Shown: in pieces, positions 56,165 to 64,000 of the stretch
Numbering within the stretch: the stretch's first letter is position 1
Layout: the number at the start of each line of letters is the position of its first letter
Position numbers and translations under genes: made by a program
Assembly: GCA_964610305.1 (NCBI GenBank)
Contig: CAZSVL010000001.1
Location: forward strand, 108,781 to 172,780
Direction of reading: 5' to 3'
DNA length: 64,000 nucleotides
DNA from: an uncultured Gammaproteobacteria bacterium
GTDB taxonomy: Bacteria > Patescibacteriota > Patescibacteriia > Magasanikbacterales > JBBTXJ01
Notes under the pieces: generated by a model
The model's database searches: none
The model's input: the letters and a program-made list of their open reading frames with translations, nothing else
What the model was told of the DNA's origin: nothing

Positions 56165-56746
56165 TTATAGTCCTAAAAAAAGATCGTCTCCCAATTCTAA
56201 ATCTTCAAATTCCCCTTTTGTGTAATCCCCTTCTGGGAGTTTGCGCGCCGCTTCTACTTTTGAAGCTGCCTCCGGGGGGATGACCTCTGAGATTATGTTT
56301 CCGTTAACGGCTATATTGTTTGCTACTTCACAATAGCCCAGGCAGCCTCTGTATTGCAGAGAGACTTCCTCACTTTCTTGCCCTTCTTTGATTCCAAAGT
56401 GATTTTCTAGCTCTTGCATAATATAGCGCGCATGCTTGGGGCCGCAGGTTTTGGAATCGCAGACTTCAATTCGATCTACCTTTTTGTCATCCCGGACTAG
56501 ATCCGGGATCTCAAGTGATGCGTCTACCGACGATTTTTTACTTGAGATCCCGGATAATTCACTATGTGAATTTCCGGGATGACAGGTGGAGGGTTGTGAA
56601 TTTCCGGGATGACAGATTGGTTTGTTTTGTCCGCATGTGCAGTTTTCGCATTTTGACGGGATCCCTCGGCTCTCCTGCGGATCGCTCGGGGTGACGGGTG
56701 GGTTACCCATAGTATTTTTCGCTATAAAATCTAATGAGTTGCTCAA
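56165..56746 (-). CDS. thioredoxin-like [2Fe-2S] ferredoxin (NuoE-like); N-terminal region of uncertain reality
   Basis: C-terminal CDSKTCG ... GCLGYCE (C-x4-C ... C-x3-C); the N-terminal about 90 codons translate the CCGGGATGACAG repeat elements and overlap the upstream NifU gene by 44 nt, so the true start is probably internal. Confidence 0.65.
   Translation of the reverse strand: MSNSLDFIAKNTMGNPPVTPSDPQESRGIPSKCENCTCGQNKPICHPGNSQPSTCHPGNSHSELSGISSKKSSVDASLEIPDLVRDDKKVDRIEVCDSKTCGPKHARYIMQELENHFGIKEGQESEEVSLQYRGCLGYCEVANNIAVNGNIISEVIPPEAASKVEAARKLPEGDYTKGEFEDLELGDDLFLGL
56486..56615. repeat. GTCATCCCGGAC...TTCCGGGATGACAG hairpin element with tandemly duplicated right end, embedded in the 5' part of the 2Fe-2S ferredoxin ORF
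   Basis: termini gtcatcccgga (56486-56496) and tccgggatgac (56573-56583); inner inverted repeat ccgggatctcaagt/acttgagatcccgg; second copy of gtgaatttccgggatgacag at 56596-56615. Confidence 0.65.
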
Positions 56747-57362
56747 TTTCCGGAATGCTCTCTGGCGAGCCCACTCCTACTTTTAGTTTTTTTTGTACCT
56801 CTTCTATGGTTTGAGCCCCTTCAAGCACTGCTTCTTCTATATCTTTGTCTGTAATATTTAAAACGGGATCAATTATTTTTGCCGCAACCACTTTTATTCT
56901 GTCATGTTGGCCAGTGTTTCTAAAATATTGATTGATGGCTTTTCTGAAGGCCTTGTCTACCAAAACACTGCAGTGGATTTTTCTGTTTGGTAGTCCTCCT
57001 AGGCGTTCCATTATGTGTTGAGGTTTTACGTTTAGTGCTTCCTCTATAAGCATTCCACCGTTTTCTGTGATCATAACAGAGAACATGCTGGTGGCAGCAA
57101 TGGCAGATCCGCATCCAAAGGTTTTCCATTTCAATTCAGTAATGTTTTCAGTGTCTGAAACGTTAATCCATACATCCATAACGTCTCCGCACGCAGGTGA
57201 TCCTACGGTGCCGCGTGCATCAAAGCTGTTTTCATCAGGTTCTTCTAGGAGTAAATTCTTTGGATTAAAAAAATGGTCTTTTACGATGTCTGAATATACC
57301 CAGGATTCTCCTGTGTGATCATTGACTACGTCTTTCCCCTTTTTTTGTGTAATTTTAGCCAT
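56703..57362 (-). CDS. NifU/IscU-type Fe-S cluster scaffold protein with C-terminal extra domain
   Basis: GSPACGD, FGCGSAIA and HCS cluster-ligand motifs; likely start MAKITQ (cat 57360-57362); ORF-track start 57395 overlaps the divergent promoter. Confidence 0.85.
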   Translation of the reverse strand: MAKITQKKGKDVVNDHTGESWVYSDIVKDHFFNPKNLLLEEPDENSFDARGTVGSPACGDVMDVWINVSDTENITELKWKTFGCGSAIAATSMFSVMITENGGMLIEEALNVKPQHIMERLGGLPNRKIHCSVLVDKAFRKAINQYFRNTGQHDRIKVVAAKIIDPVLNITDKDIEEAVLEGAQTIEEVQKKLKVGVGSPESIPEIEQLIRFYSEKYYG

Positions 57363-57379
57363 TTTTGTGTGTTTAGCTC

Positions 57380-57408
57380 TTGACAAAATTGACAAAGTGT
57401 GCTATACT
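57380..57408 (+). promoter_or_regulatory. second copy of the TTGACA-17-TATACT (TGTGC) promoter
   Basis: ttgaca 57380-57385, tatact 57403-57408; fires into the iscU-iscS intergenic region; T7 at 57521-57527 after a structured 100-nt segment. Confidence 0.6.
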
Positions 57409-57741
57409 GCTTTTAGATGGTAATGCTGGTGCTGGATGAGGGATGCGATGTGTTGCAAAGGCCTTGTGACATGTTGTAGACCGCTTGAGTTCAGGCCGAC
57501 ACCAGTCGGAAATTAAGGCGTTTTTTTCTCGAAGCCAGCGGAATATGCGCAGTTATGTATTGCCAAAGGATACGGCTCCTGAGGGCGGGCGGCGCGTACT
57601 GCTTCAAAAACATTACCATCTAACCTCTCTTCTTCACCCTGCAGCTTGCGTCTTTGACGTGGCGGCTGTAGCCTCTGCCTAAGGGCACGACTGTAACAGT
57701 CGTTGGTGAAAACAGACACACCGGTCTGAAGAGGGGATTTT

Positions 57742-59049
57742 TTATTTCATCCAATGCGGCTTTCCTTCCCCGACAAATGCCTTTTGCATGGTCGGTTTTT
57801 TGTTATCCTCTGTTGGTTTGCCCGCATCATCCAGCTTAAGATTCACCGGAGAGATATCGCGCAGTCTCTGAACAATCTCTGGCAGCAAATTCAGTACATA
57901 ATCTAAGTCTTCTTTTGTGGTGCTTCTTCCTAGCGTAAATCTCATACTTCCGTGTGCGTATTCGTATGGTTTTCCGATAGCAAGAATAACATGTGACGGA
58001 TCTAAAGACTCAGACGTGCAGGCGCTTCCGGTAGACATGGCTATTCCGTACTCATCAAGGTACAACAAGAGTGCCTCGCCTTCAATATCTAAAATACTGA
58101 CGTTTACATTGTTGGGCAAACGCTCTGTCACGTGTCCATTGATTACTATTTTTGGAATTCTCTTTATTATTTCCTGAGTAAAGTAATCGCGAAGTTTTGT
58201 TAGTCTTTCAGATTCGCTTTGTGCATCAGCTCGTACAATTTCTACGGCTTTTGCGAGTCCCACAATGCCAGCAACATTTTCCGTACCAGCACGCATACGC
58301 ATTTCTTGTCCTCCGCCGTGGATGAGTGGCTTTATTTTTACGTGATCAGCTTTATACAAAACACCAACTCCCTTTGGGCCGTAAATTTTGCTTCCGTTAA
58401 AGGTAAGTAAGTCTGCATGTAATTTTTTTACATCAATGTCTAGGTAATTTATTGCTTGGCATGCATCGGTATGGAGATAGGGAGCCTTGTTGGGCTTTAT
58501 ATCATTATCTTTTTTCCATCGCAGGAGAGCCCTGCCGATATCGGCAATAGGATTAATGCTGCCTATTTCATTATTGGCGTACATGACGGAGATTAAAATA
58601 GTATCATCTTTGAGCGCAGCAATAACATCCTTTGGACTTACCATTCCAAATTCGTCAGTATCCAAATACGTAACCTCAAAGCCTTCTTTCTCTAGCGCCT
58701 GGCAGCTGTGCAGCACGGCGTGATGTTCAACTTTGGTGGTTATAATGTGACCGCTCCCCTGCTTTTTGGCAACGCCATAGATGGCCATATTGTCACTCTC
58801 TGTTCCAGAGCCGGTGAAAATTATATTACGTGGATTTGCTCCCAGTGCCTGTGATACGGTTTTGCGCGCCCGATCCACAGCGAGTTTTCCGTTTCTTGCT
58901 TTTTTATACAAGCCTCCCGGATTTCCAAATTCCTCTTTTAAAAAGGGTGTCATAATTTCAAAAACCGCTTGCTCAAGCGGTGTTGCTGCGGCGTGATCAA
59001 GGTATACCCGCCGTCTATTCTCTACTTTTGGAAATGGTTTAAAATCCAT
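57742..59049 (-). CDS. iscS: cysteine desulfurase (IscS/NifS class V aminotransferase) with C-terminal extension
   Basis: PLP-lysine context ...FNGSKIYGPKGVGVL... and catalytic-Cys loop STGSACTSESLDPSHV. Confidence 0.95.
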   Translation of the reverse strand: MDFKPFPKVENRRRVYLDHAAATPLEQAVFEIMTPFLKEEFGNPGGLYKKARNGKLAVDRARKTVSQALGANPRNIIFTGSGTESDNMAIYGVAKKQGSGHIITTKVEHHAVLHSCQALEKEGFEVTYLDTDEFGMVSPKDVIAALKDDTILISVMYANNEIGSINPIADIGRALLRWKKDNDIKPNKAPYLHTDACQAINYLDIDVKKLHADLLTFNGSKIYGPKGVGVLYKADHVKIKPLIHGGGQEMRMRAGTENVAGIVGLAKAVEIVRADAQSESERLTKLRDYFTQEIIKRIPKIVINGHVTERLPNNVNVSILDIEGEALLLYLDEYGIAMSTGSACTSESLDPSHVILAIGKPYEYAHGSMRFTLGRSTTKEDLDYVLNLLPEIVQRLRDISPVNLKLDDAGKPTEDNKKPTMQKAFVGEGKPHWMK

Positions 59050-59096
59050 CTGTACACAATAGTTAATGCGTGGTATGATACCTATTCTTTTGGCCT

Positions 59097-59780
59097 ATGT
59101 CAACCCCAAAAAAATACAATTCTACCCTTGTTGAGCGCGAATGGCTAACAGATGATATTCTTTTGGTTACGCTGGAACTTGAGAGCTCCATGGATTATGT
59201 AGCCGGGCAATTTGTTATGCTTGATATTCCATCAGACAAGCGTCCACGAGCGTTTTCTATAGTCAACCCGCCTGCTGATGGAGATGAGAAAAAGGTGGTG
59301 CTCTGTATTAAGGAATACGAAAAGAGTGTAACGGCGCCTTACCTTGAAAGTCTTGATGTTGGAGCGCCTGTGAATTTTAAGGGGCCTTTTGGTAGCTTTG
59401 TTGTTGATAAGGGAGATCGTCCTCTCTATTTTGTGGCAACCGGTGTTGGAATAGCGCCTATTTTAGCTCAACTAGAGCAACTAAAAGCAGATGGCGACAA
59501 GCGAAAAAGGGATTTGATATTTGGTGTTCGGCATTATGAAGATACCATTTTTTACGACGCACTTCTTACTAAAACAGGTAATTGCACCGTGTGTGTTAGT
59601 CAGCCGGATGAGGAGTGGGACGGACCCTCTGGCAGAGTGACGGATATTTTAAAAGAGCAAAGGGATTTGCATGAGTATGATTTTTATCTGTGTGGAAATC
59701 CGGAGATGATTAAAGATGTAAAAGCCTTGCTGAAAGAGCGCGGGGTGCCGGACAAGAGCGTCCACTTTGAAATATTTTAA
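59097..59780 (+). CDS. ferredoxin-NADP+ reductase-like FAD/NAD(P)-binding oxidoreductase
   Basis: RAFSIVN (FAD-binding RxYS-like), GTGVGIAPI NAD(P)-binding glycine motif, YLCGNPEMI C-terminal motif. Confidence 0.8.
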   Translation: MSTPKKYNSTLVEREWLTDDILLVTLELESSMDYVAGQFVMLDIPSDKRPRAFSIVNPPADGDEKKVVLCIKEYEKSVTAPYLESLDVGAPVNFKGPFGSFVVDKGDRPLYFVATGVGIAPILAQLEQLKADGDKRKRDLIFGVRHYEDTIFYDALLTKTGNCTVCVSQPDEEWDGPSGRVTDILKEQRDLHEYDFYLCGNPEMIKDVKALLKERGVPDKSVHFEIF

Positions 59781-59804
59781 AAGAGCCCACGGGCTCTTTT
59801 TGGT

Positions 59805-60407
59805 TTAAAACGGCAGCGTGAGATTCATGCTAGAGGCCGTGGCTGGTCCTGCTTGAGAGGATACTGGCGCTGCGGGAGGCTCAAAGTTAACAGCAAATGG
59901 CACTATCTCTCCTTGCAAATTGGGGTAGAAGAGTTGTTTGTTTTTTCTTCCAAAATCATAGAGCCCTCTGGTTACTTTAACATCTTGAATACAGTAATCT
60001 TTAATTTCCTGTATTTTTCCCTCTGCCCACCAGCGTACCGCTTGCAAGCCGTCTGCAGACTTTTCTTTTTTGAGTGTTGCTTTTGCTAAATCATCCAACT
60101 TTAATCTGAAACCAAGCGAGTTTTTTACATTCACTATCATATCTAGATGTGGGATAGCAGAGAGATCTCCTGCATAATAGTTTTGCATGACTGGTATATC
60201 AAAATGAATTCCGTTGTAGCTGATAATTCTGTCTGCCTGTTCAAATATTTTCCAGACTTCTGAAAGCTCATGTTCTTCATACGCATGATAGGTGTCAGTA
60301 TCAGATCTATGCAGGCCAACAACCGATATTTTTACTTGCTTGAGGCCCGCAGCATCCCAAGAAGTTGGCGCTGTTTGGCTTTCTATATCAAAGGCAATTT
60401 CTAGCAT
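59805..60407 (-). CDS. RNase H-like/DEDD-type 3'-5' exonuclease family protein
   Basis: FDIES..., YNGIHFDIP and C-terminal Y..D motifs arranged as in the DnaQ-like exonuclease fold; assignment moderate. Confidence 0.55.
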   Translation of the reverse strand: MLEIAFDIESQTAPTSWDAAGLKQVKISVVGLHRSDTDTYHAYEEHELSEVWKIFEQADRIISYNGIHFDIPVMQNYYAGDLSAIPHLDMIVNVKNSLGFRLKLDDLAKATLKKEKSADGLQAVRWWAEGKIQEIKDYCIQDVKVTRGLYDFGRKNKQLFYPNLQGEIVPFAVNFEPPAAPVSSQAGPATASSMNLTLPF

Positions 60408-60409
60408 AT

Positions 60410-60655
60410 TTATTTCAGCTCGCCAGCTTCTTTCAACGCTGATTCTAGTGCAGATTTATCAAAACCGACAAGAATTTTGCCGCTAATGTCAATAACGGGA
60501 ACACCAAGCTGTCCGGATTTTTCCTGCATTTCTGTTGCCTTAGCGCTATCCTCTGCCACGTTATGATCAGTAAAGTCAACACCTTTTTCTTTAAAAAACT
60601 CTTTTGCCTGCTTACAATACGGGCATGTGGGTGTGGAATATATAGTTACTGCCAT
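60410..60655 (-). CDS. glutaredoxin/NrdH-like redoxin
   Basis: 81 aa, TCPYC active site, GVP cis-Pro motif. Confidence 0.85.
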   Translation of the reverse strand: MAVTIYSTPTCPYCKQAKEFFKEKGVDFTDHNVAEDSAKATEMQEKSGQLGVPVIDISGKILVGFDKSALESALKEAGELK

Positions 60656-60664
60656 ATAAATAGT

Positions 60665-61762
60665 TTAAGATTGATTTTTTCTTTGTTTTTTTCTTCTGCG
60701 AGACTCGTAGATAAAGAGTACCAAAAGGAAGAGGAGAAGATCAAGCACTATTATGTAAATGATTTGCTGCCAGAGCGGTAGGGCTAGGAAATTTCTCCAC
60801 AGACCAGGAGCCTTTCCTTCTGGCGCTTCTATTTCCTGTTCTACTCTTTCACCCAAAACCTGCACTCCCTCTCCGATGTCTGCTACCCCCCCACCAAAAC
60901 CAAAACCAGGATCATCTATAAGGTCTACCGTTTGCTCTTCAGAGGAATCTTCTGCTTCTGGCGTAATGGCGGTAGGCTGTTGTCCTCTCTTAGATCTCGT
61001 TGGATCAAGCGGGAAATCATCATCTTTATCCCCTACCCCATCATTATCCGTATCAAATTTAAGCGGATCGGTTCCAAATGCCTCTTCCTCAAAATCAAAA
61101 AGTCCATCGTTGTCGTCATCTGAATCTTGAGGGTCTCTGATGCCATCACCATCAGTATCTGGAGGCGTGAATACATCTGAGTTGGTTGGCGCTGGGTCAG
61201 TGCCATCAGGATCGCCGTCATTGTCTGTGTCTACCGTTGTTGGTCCCGGATCGGCGCTGTCTATGAGGCCGTCGCCGTCCGTATCTGGATTGGTAGGATT
61301 AGTACCTTGGCTTTGTTCGGTGCTATCTGAAAGACCGTCTGAGTCCGTATCTTGATCAACAGGGATTACTTCTGTGTCTTGATACGCAATTTCTGTGGCA
61401 ATAAAAACAGTAGCATTATCTTCTCCAATGTAGTGAACGTCTGTGAGTGTTGCGCCAAGCTGAAGATCTATAATTTCTGTGGGTGTCCACGCTATGCCCA
61501 CAACCTTGTTGCCAGTGTTTGGTGGCACGGATATAGCTATTGCGTTGCCAAGGGGCTGTCCGGTCTTAGTGTTACTAAATTGAAGTGTGGCAAATACTGT
61601 CTCTTCTCTGGTGTTGAGAATTAGGGTGAAGATATCTATGCTTTGCCCCACAATAATGTTATTGCTAGATGTCCAAATTCCTTTACTTACAAAACTAACA
61701 TCACCCTGAGCCGCGGCCATTCCCGGCAAAAAAATGAAGAGTAGTAAGAGAAACTTTTTCAT
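60665..61762 (-). CDS. cell-surface protein with thrombospondin type-3 Ca-binding repeats and C-terminal membrane anchor
   Basis: signal peptide; at least 6 DxDxDGxxDxxD repeats (DTDGDGLIDSAD, DTDNDGDPDGTD, DTDGDGIRDPQD, ...); C-terminal TM plus basic tail. Confidence 0.7.
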   Translation of the reverse strand: MKKFLLLLFIFLPGMAAAQGDVSFVSKGIWTSSNNIIVGQSIDIFTLILNTREETVFATLQFSNTKTGQPLGNAIAISVPPNTGNKVVGIAWTPTEIIDLQLGATLTDVHYIGEDNATVFIATEIAYQDTEVIPVDQDTDSDGLSDSTEQSQGTNPTNPDTDGDGLIDSADPGPTTVDTDNDGDPDGTDPAPTNSDVFTPPDTDGDGIRDPQDSDDDNDGLFDFEEEAFGTDPLKFDTDNDGVGDKDDDFPLDPTRSKRGQQPTAITPEAEDSSEEQTVDLIDDPGFGFGGGVADIGEGVQVLGERVEQEIEAPEGKAPGLWRNFLALPLWQQIIYIIVLDLLLFLLVLFIYESRRRKKQRKNQS

Positions 61763-62871
61763 ATAAGCATAAGTGTGCTCAGCAATAGTATCACAAAAAA
61801 GGAGAGGCCAATACTATGATATCTTTTGTGTTTAAACTCGTGAGCGATTGATATCATAAGAACAAAAACAAACAGACTTATGAAGAGTAAATATACGGTA
61901 TTGGACAGACTAAATAATGGCGTTAGCACGTGCCTTAAAACGGATTTATTACGCACATAGTATTGCAGGGGCGTAAGTTCAAAAGAGGTGACGTTGCTCC
62001 ACGGTATGGTGGATAGTTGTGAACTACCGTCTGTTGCAGCAATGAGCAGTGAGGGCTCTATGGTTGTATTTAGAAAAGCAGACGCATCCTGATTTGAAGA
62101 GGCACTCCCCTCATACAGTAGAGGATTCTCTTTGTCTTGCGCCATAGGAATAGTTACTCCGCCAATGCTGGCTTGCATGTAAGAGATGGGGCCATCGGCA
62201 AAGGCGCGCGCAAAAAAGGTAGTCTGATCTCCGCGAGAGTTCCATGTGATTTCTGATTTTGCAATGTCGTAGTCTATAAAAGGAGTGGTGCTGGGCGTTC
62301 TGAGGAATTCATCGGTGGCCGTACCAAAGTGATGCGTAACATAGTATGTGGGATTCTGATCCTGCGTTGATTGCACGCTTACACCCGTCTCTCTAAAATC
62401 TTTATTTAAAAGATTTGCATTGTGAGTGGGGCTTTTTTTCCACGCTTCCATAATATCTATTGGCCCCTTTTTTCCCAGCGCAAGATTTTCTCCCGCACTT
62501 TGAAATTCGTATCCTACTTTGCTTAGGAGTTCTTGTACCGAGAAGCCAGTTCCATCGTTGTGAGAAAAAGAGCCTGTTGTCTGCATGTGGCGAGATTTTA
62601 AGTATGCAGACTCATAGAGCCTTCTATTGTGACGCAACAGTGGTAGATTATGCTCAGCGCGATAGTCATTGGTAAGCTCCACAATGCTTCTTTGCATTTG
62701 AATCCGCGTCTGAGGGCTTGAGAGTACGGTAGCGGGTATGGCAATTACCGTTGCTACGGTAAGAGCTTTAATGCCTACAAAAAAAAGACTATACAAAAAA
62801 ACCCGCTTTGGCCGCAGCAGGTGTGGCCTGAAATTATTGCCCTCATGAGGGATAAAAATGTCCTTGGGCAT
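61759..62871 (-). CDS. membrane-anchored CAP/SCP (PR-1-like) domain protein
   Basis: N-terminal TM; SCP-like core (ELTNDYRAEHNLPLL...HNDG...GENLALG...HFGTA); C-terminal TM segment. Confidence 0.55.
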   Translation of the reverse strand: MPKDIFIPHEGNNFRPHLLRPKRVFLYSLFFVGIKALTVATVIAIPATVLSSPQTRIQMQRSIVELTNDYRAEHNLPLLRHNRRLYESAYLKSRHMQTTGSFSHNDGTGFSVQELLSKVGYEFQSAGENLALGKKGPIDIMEAWKKSPTHNANLLNKDFRETGVSVQSTQDQNPTYYVTHHFGTATDEFLRTPSTTPFIDYDIAKSEITWNSRGDQTTFFARAFADGPISYMQASIGGVTIPMAQDKENPLLYEGSASSNQDASAFLNTTIEPSLLIAATDGSSQLSTIPWSNVTSFELTPLQYYVRNKSVLRHVLTPLFSLSNTVYLLFISLFVFVLMISIAHEFKHKRYHSIGLSFFVILLLSTLMLI

Positions 62872-62888
62872 GTGGTTATTATAGCATA

Positions 62889-62917
62889 TTGACCTGAGCA
62901 GGCCGCTTTAGTACACT
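62889..62917 (+). promoter_or_regulatory. promoter-like TTGACC-17-TACACT upstream of prs
   Basis: ttgacc 62889-62894, 17-nt spacer, tacact 62912-62917; SD aaggagg 62924-62930; ATG 62936. Confidence 0.45.
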
Positions 62918-62935
62918 TGTGGCAAGGAGGTGAAG

Positions 62936-64000
62936 ATGGCGAAATGCAGCTGTGGTCACAGCGTTAATCTCAACGGTGATCTTACTCTCATTCCCATGCC
63001 CGGCTTTGAAGATGTTGCGAAATACGTTAAGGATCGTATTGAAAATGATCTAAGTTTAAGAGATGGTGGCCACAGGACTGATGTGCATATTGAAGTACCT
63101 GTCTTTGGTGAACATCCTTCCGGCGAGCCCTACGAAGAACTTGGTAAGGATAATATTGGCGGCAACGATGTTGTGCTCATTACTAGCGGTCCGGGAACCT
63201 ATAAGATGCTCTGTCAGTTGTGGGTGGCGCTTTGTTACCTTAAGGGACGCCGCGCAAGAAGAATTGCAGTCGTTTCCGGCTATTATCCGCTTTCAAGGTC
63301 TGAAAAGGACGAAGGTAGGCTTATTTTGTCGCTTGTTAGATTTATTACAGACATGACGGTAGCTGCCTCCTACGGGAAGCTTGATAGAATTATTGCGGTT
63401 GATCTTCATAGCGATGGCGCAGTCAATGCGGGTGTTCCAGGTCTTGTAACACAAGTCTCTGCCGTGAGACGACTCTTAACGGCAGCAGTGAAAGATGCTA
63501 CGCAGAAGGGTAGACAGTTAACACTCTGCTTTCCCGATGACAGCGCAAGAAAGCGCATTGAGAATGCAGCAGCAGCTGTGGAGCAGCAGTTTGATATTGT
63601 TCTTCCGCAAGTTTTTGGCTCCAAAAGACGTGATTCCAGCTCATCTTCAGACTTAAAGGGTCTTCACGGTGATATGGATTGTTTGTCTGGTGCGACAGTC
63701 CTAGTGATTGACGACGAAATTGCTGGCGGCGGAACCATGATTCAGACCGCCAAGAAGCTGATATCGGAATTTGATGTGATTGAGGTGTGGGGCGCAGTCA
63801 CACATCCCGTCTTTACGGCTTCTGCATATGATCGTTTTATGCATCCTGAGTGTCCTGTGGAGCGGGTATACACGGCTGACACCATTCCGCTAGTGACTCG
63901 ACCTCAGGTAATGGAAATGGTGGATGCAGGAAAGATTATAGAGGTGAGTTGGAAAAATGATCTCTCGTGGATTGTATACATGCATCACGAGGACAGAACT
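62936..64000 (+). CDS. prs: ribose-phosphate pyrophosphokinase (PRPP synthetase family), 3'-truncated by the window end
   Basis: in-frame to the window edge (355 codons, no stop); PRPP-binding loop VLVIDDEIAGGGTM and N-terminal Prs-like region; not in the ORF track because no stop is reached. Confidence 0.7.
   Translation, partial: MAKCSCGHSVNLNGDLTLIPMPGFEDVAKYVKDRIENDLSLRDGGHRTDVHIEVPVFGEHPSGEPYEELGKDNIGGNDVVLITSGPGTYKMLCQLWVALCYLKGRRARRIAVVSGYYPLSRSEKDEGRLILSLVRFITDMTVAASYGKLDRIIAVDLHSDGAVNAGVPGLVTQVSAVRRLLTAAVKDATQKGRQLTLCFPDDSARKRIENAAAAVEQQFDIVLPQVFGSKRRDSSSSSDLKGLHGDMDCLSGATVLVIDDEIAGGGTMIQTAKKLISEFDVIEVWGAVTHPVFTASAYDRFMHPECPVERVYTADTIPLVTRPQVMEMVDAGKIIEVSWKNDLSWIVYMHHEDRT

Noticed and set aside
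55704-56283. ORFs 55704..55940, 55998..56225 and 56035..56283 (75-82 aa) in the Fe-S locus gap
   Set aside because: They are short ORFs expected by chance at 57% GC with no SD. Two of them run through the strong intrinsic terminator at 56129-56162.
63063-63356. 97-aa ORF 63063..63356(+)
   Set aside because: Out of frame within the much longer prs reading frame (62936 to the window end), which has SD and promoter support and PRPP-synthetase motifs.

Overview
This 64-kb window looks like a gene-dense chromosomal segment of a small-genome bacterium. About 45% GC, compact overlapping operons and a reduced housekeeping set suggest a Patescibacteria/CPR-like, possibly Saccharibacteria-like, organism; that placement is inference only. 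Recognisable content covers several areas: a cell-surface glycan cluster (flippase, GT4, GT2, ligase-like protein, WecB/TagA); fmt-def-priA; clpB; five aminoacyl-tRNA synthetases (gltX, serS, lysS, proS, metG); xer recombinase; greA; mrdA-mreDCB; a UvrD-type helicase fused to a Cas4-like nuclease; alr; a complete F1Fo ATP synthase operon; tatD, cvpA and rsmI; an Fe-S and redox cluster (ferredoxins, NifU/IscU, IscS, FNR-like protein, glutaredoxin); surface and secreted proteins; and the start of prs. No rRNA, tRNA or CRISPR array was found. Features the coding genes do not explain are: (i) two tandem paralogous GC-rich structured RNAs upstream of alr, each with its own extended -10 promoter and intrinsic terminator, showing compensatory base changes; (ii) a roughly 680-nt GC-rich promoter-to-terminator noncoding unit in the Fe-S locus, driven by a promoter that is duplicated verbatim 1.9 kb away; (iii) a GC-anomalous island (58-60% GC) encoding an acidic S1-like protein plus a terminator-bounded sRNA candidate next to the xer recombinase; (iv) a superfamily of MITE/REP-like palindromic elements with GTCAT...ATGAC termini scattered through operon intergenic regions, including inside the atp operon; (v) two paralogous LRR proteins sharing a conserved basic N-terminus; (vi) a PriA homologue lacking Walker A/B; (vii) an atp operon interrupted by two opposite-strand small membrane-protein genes.
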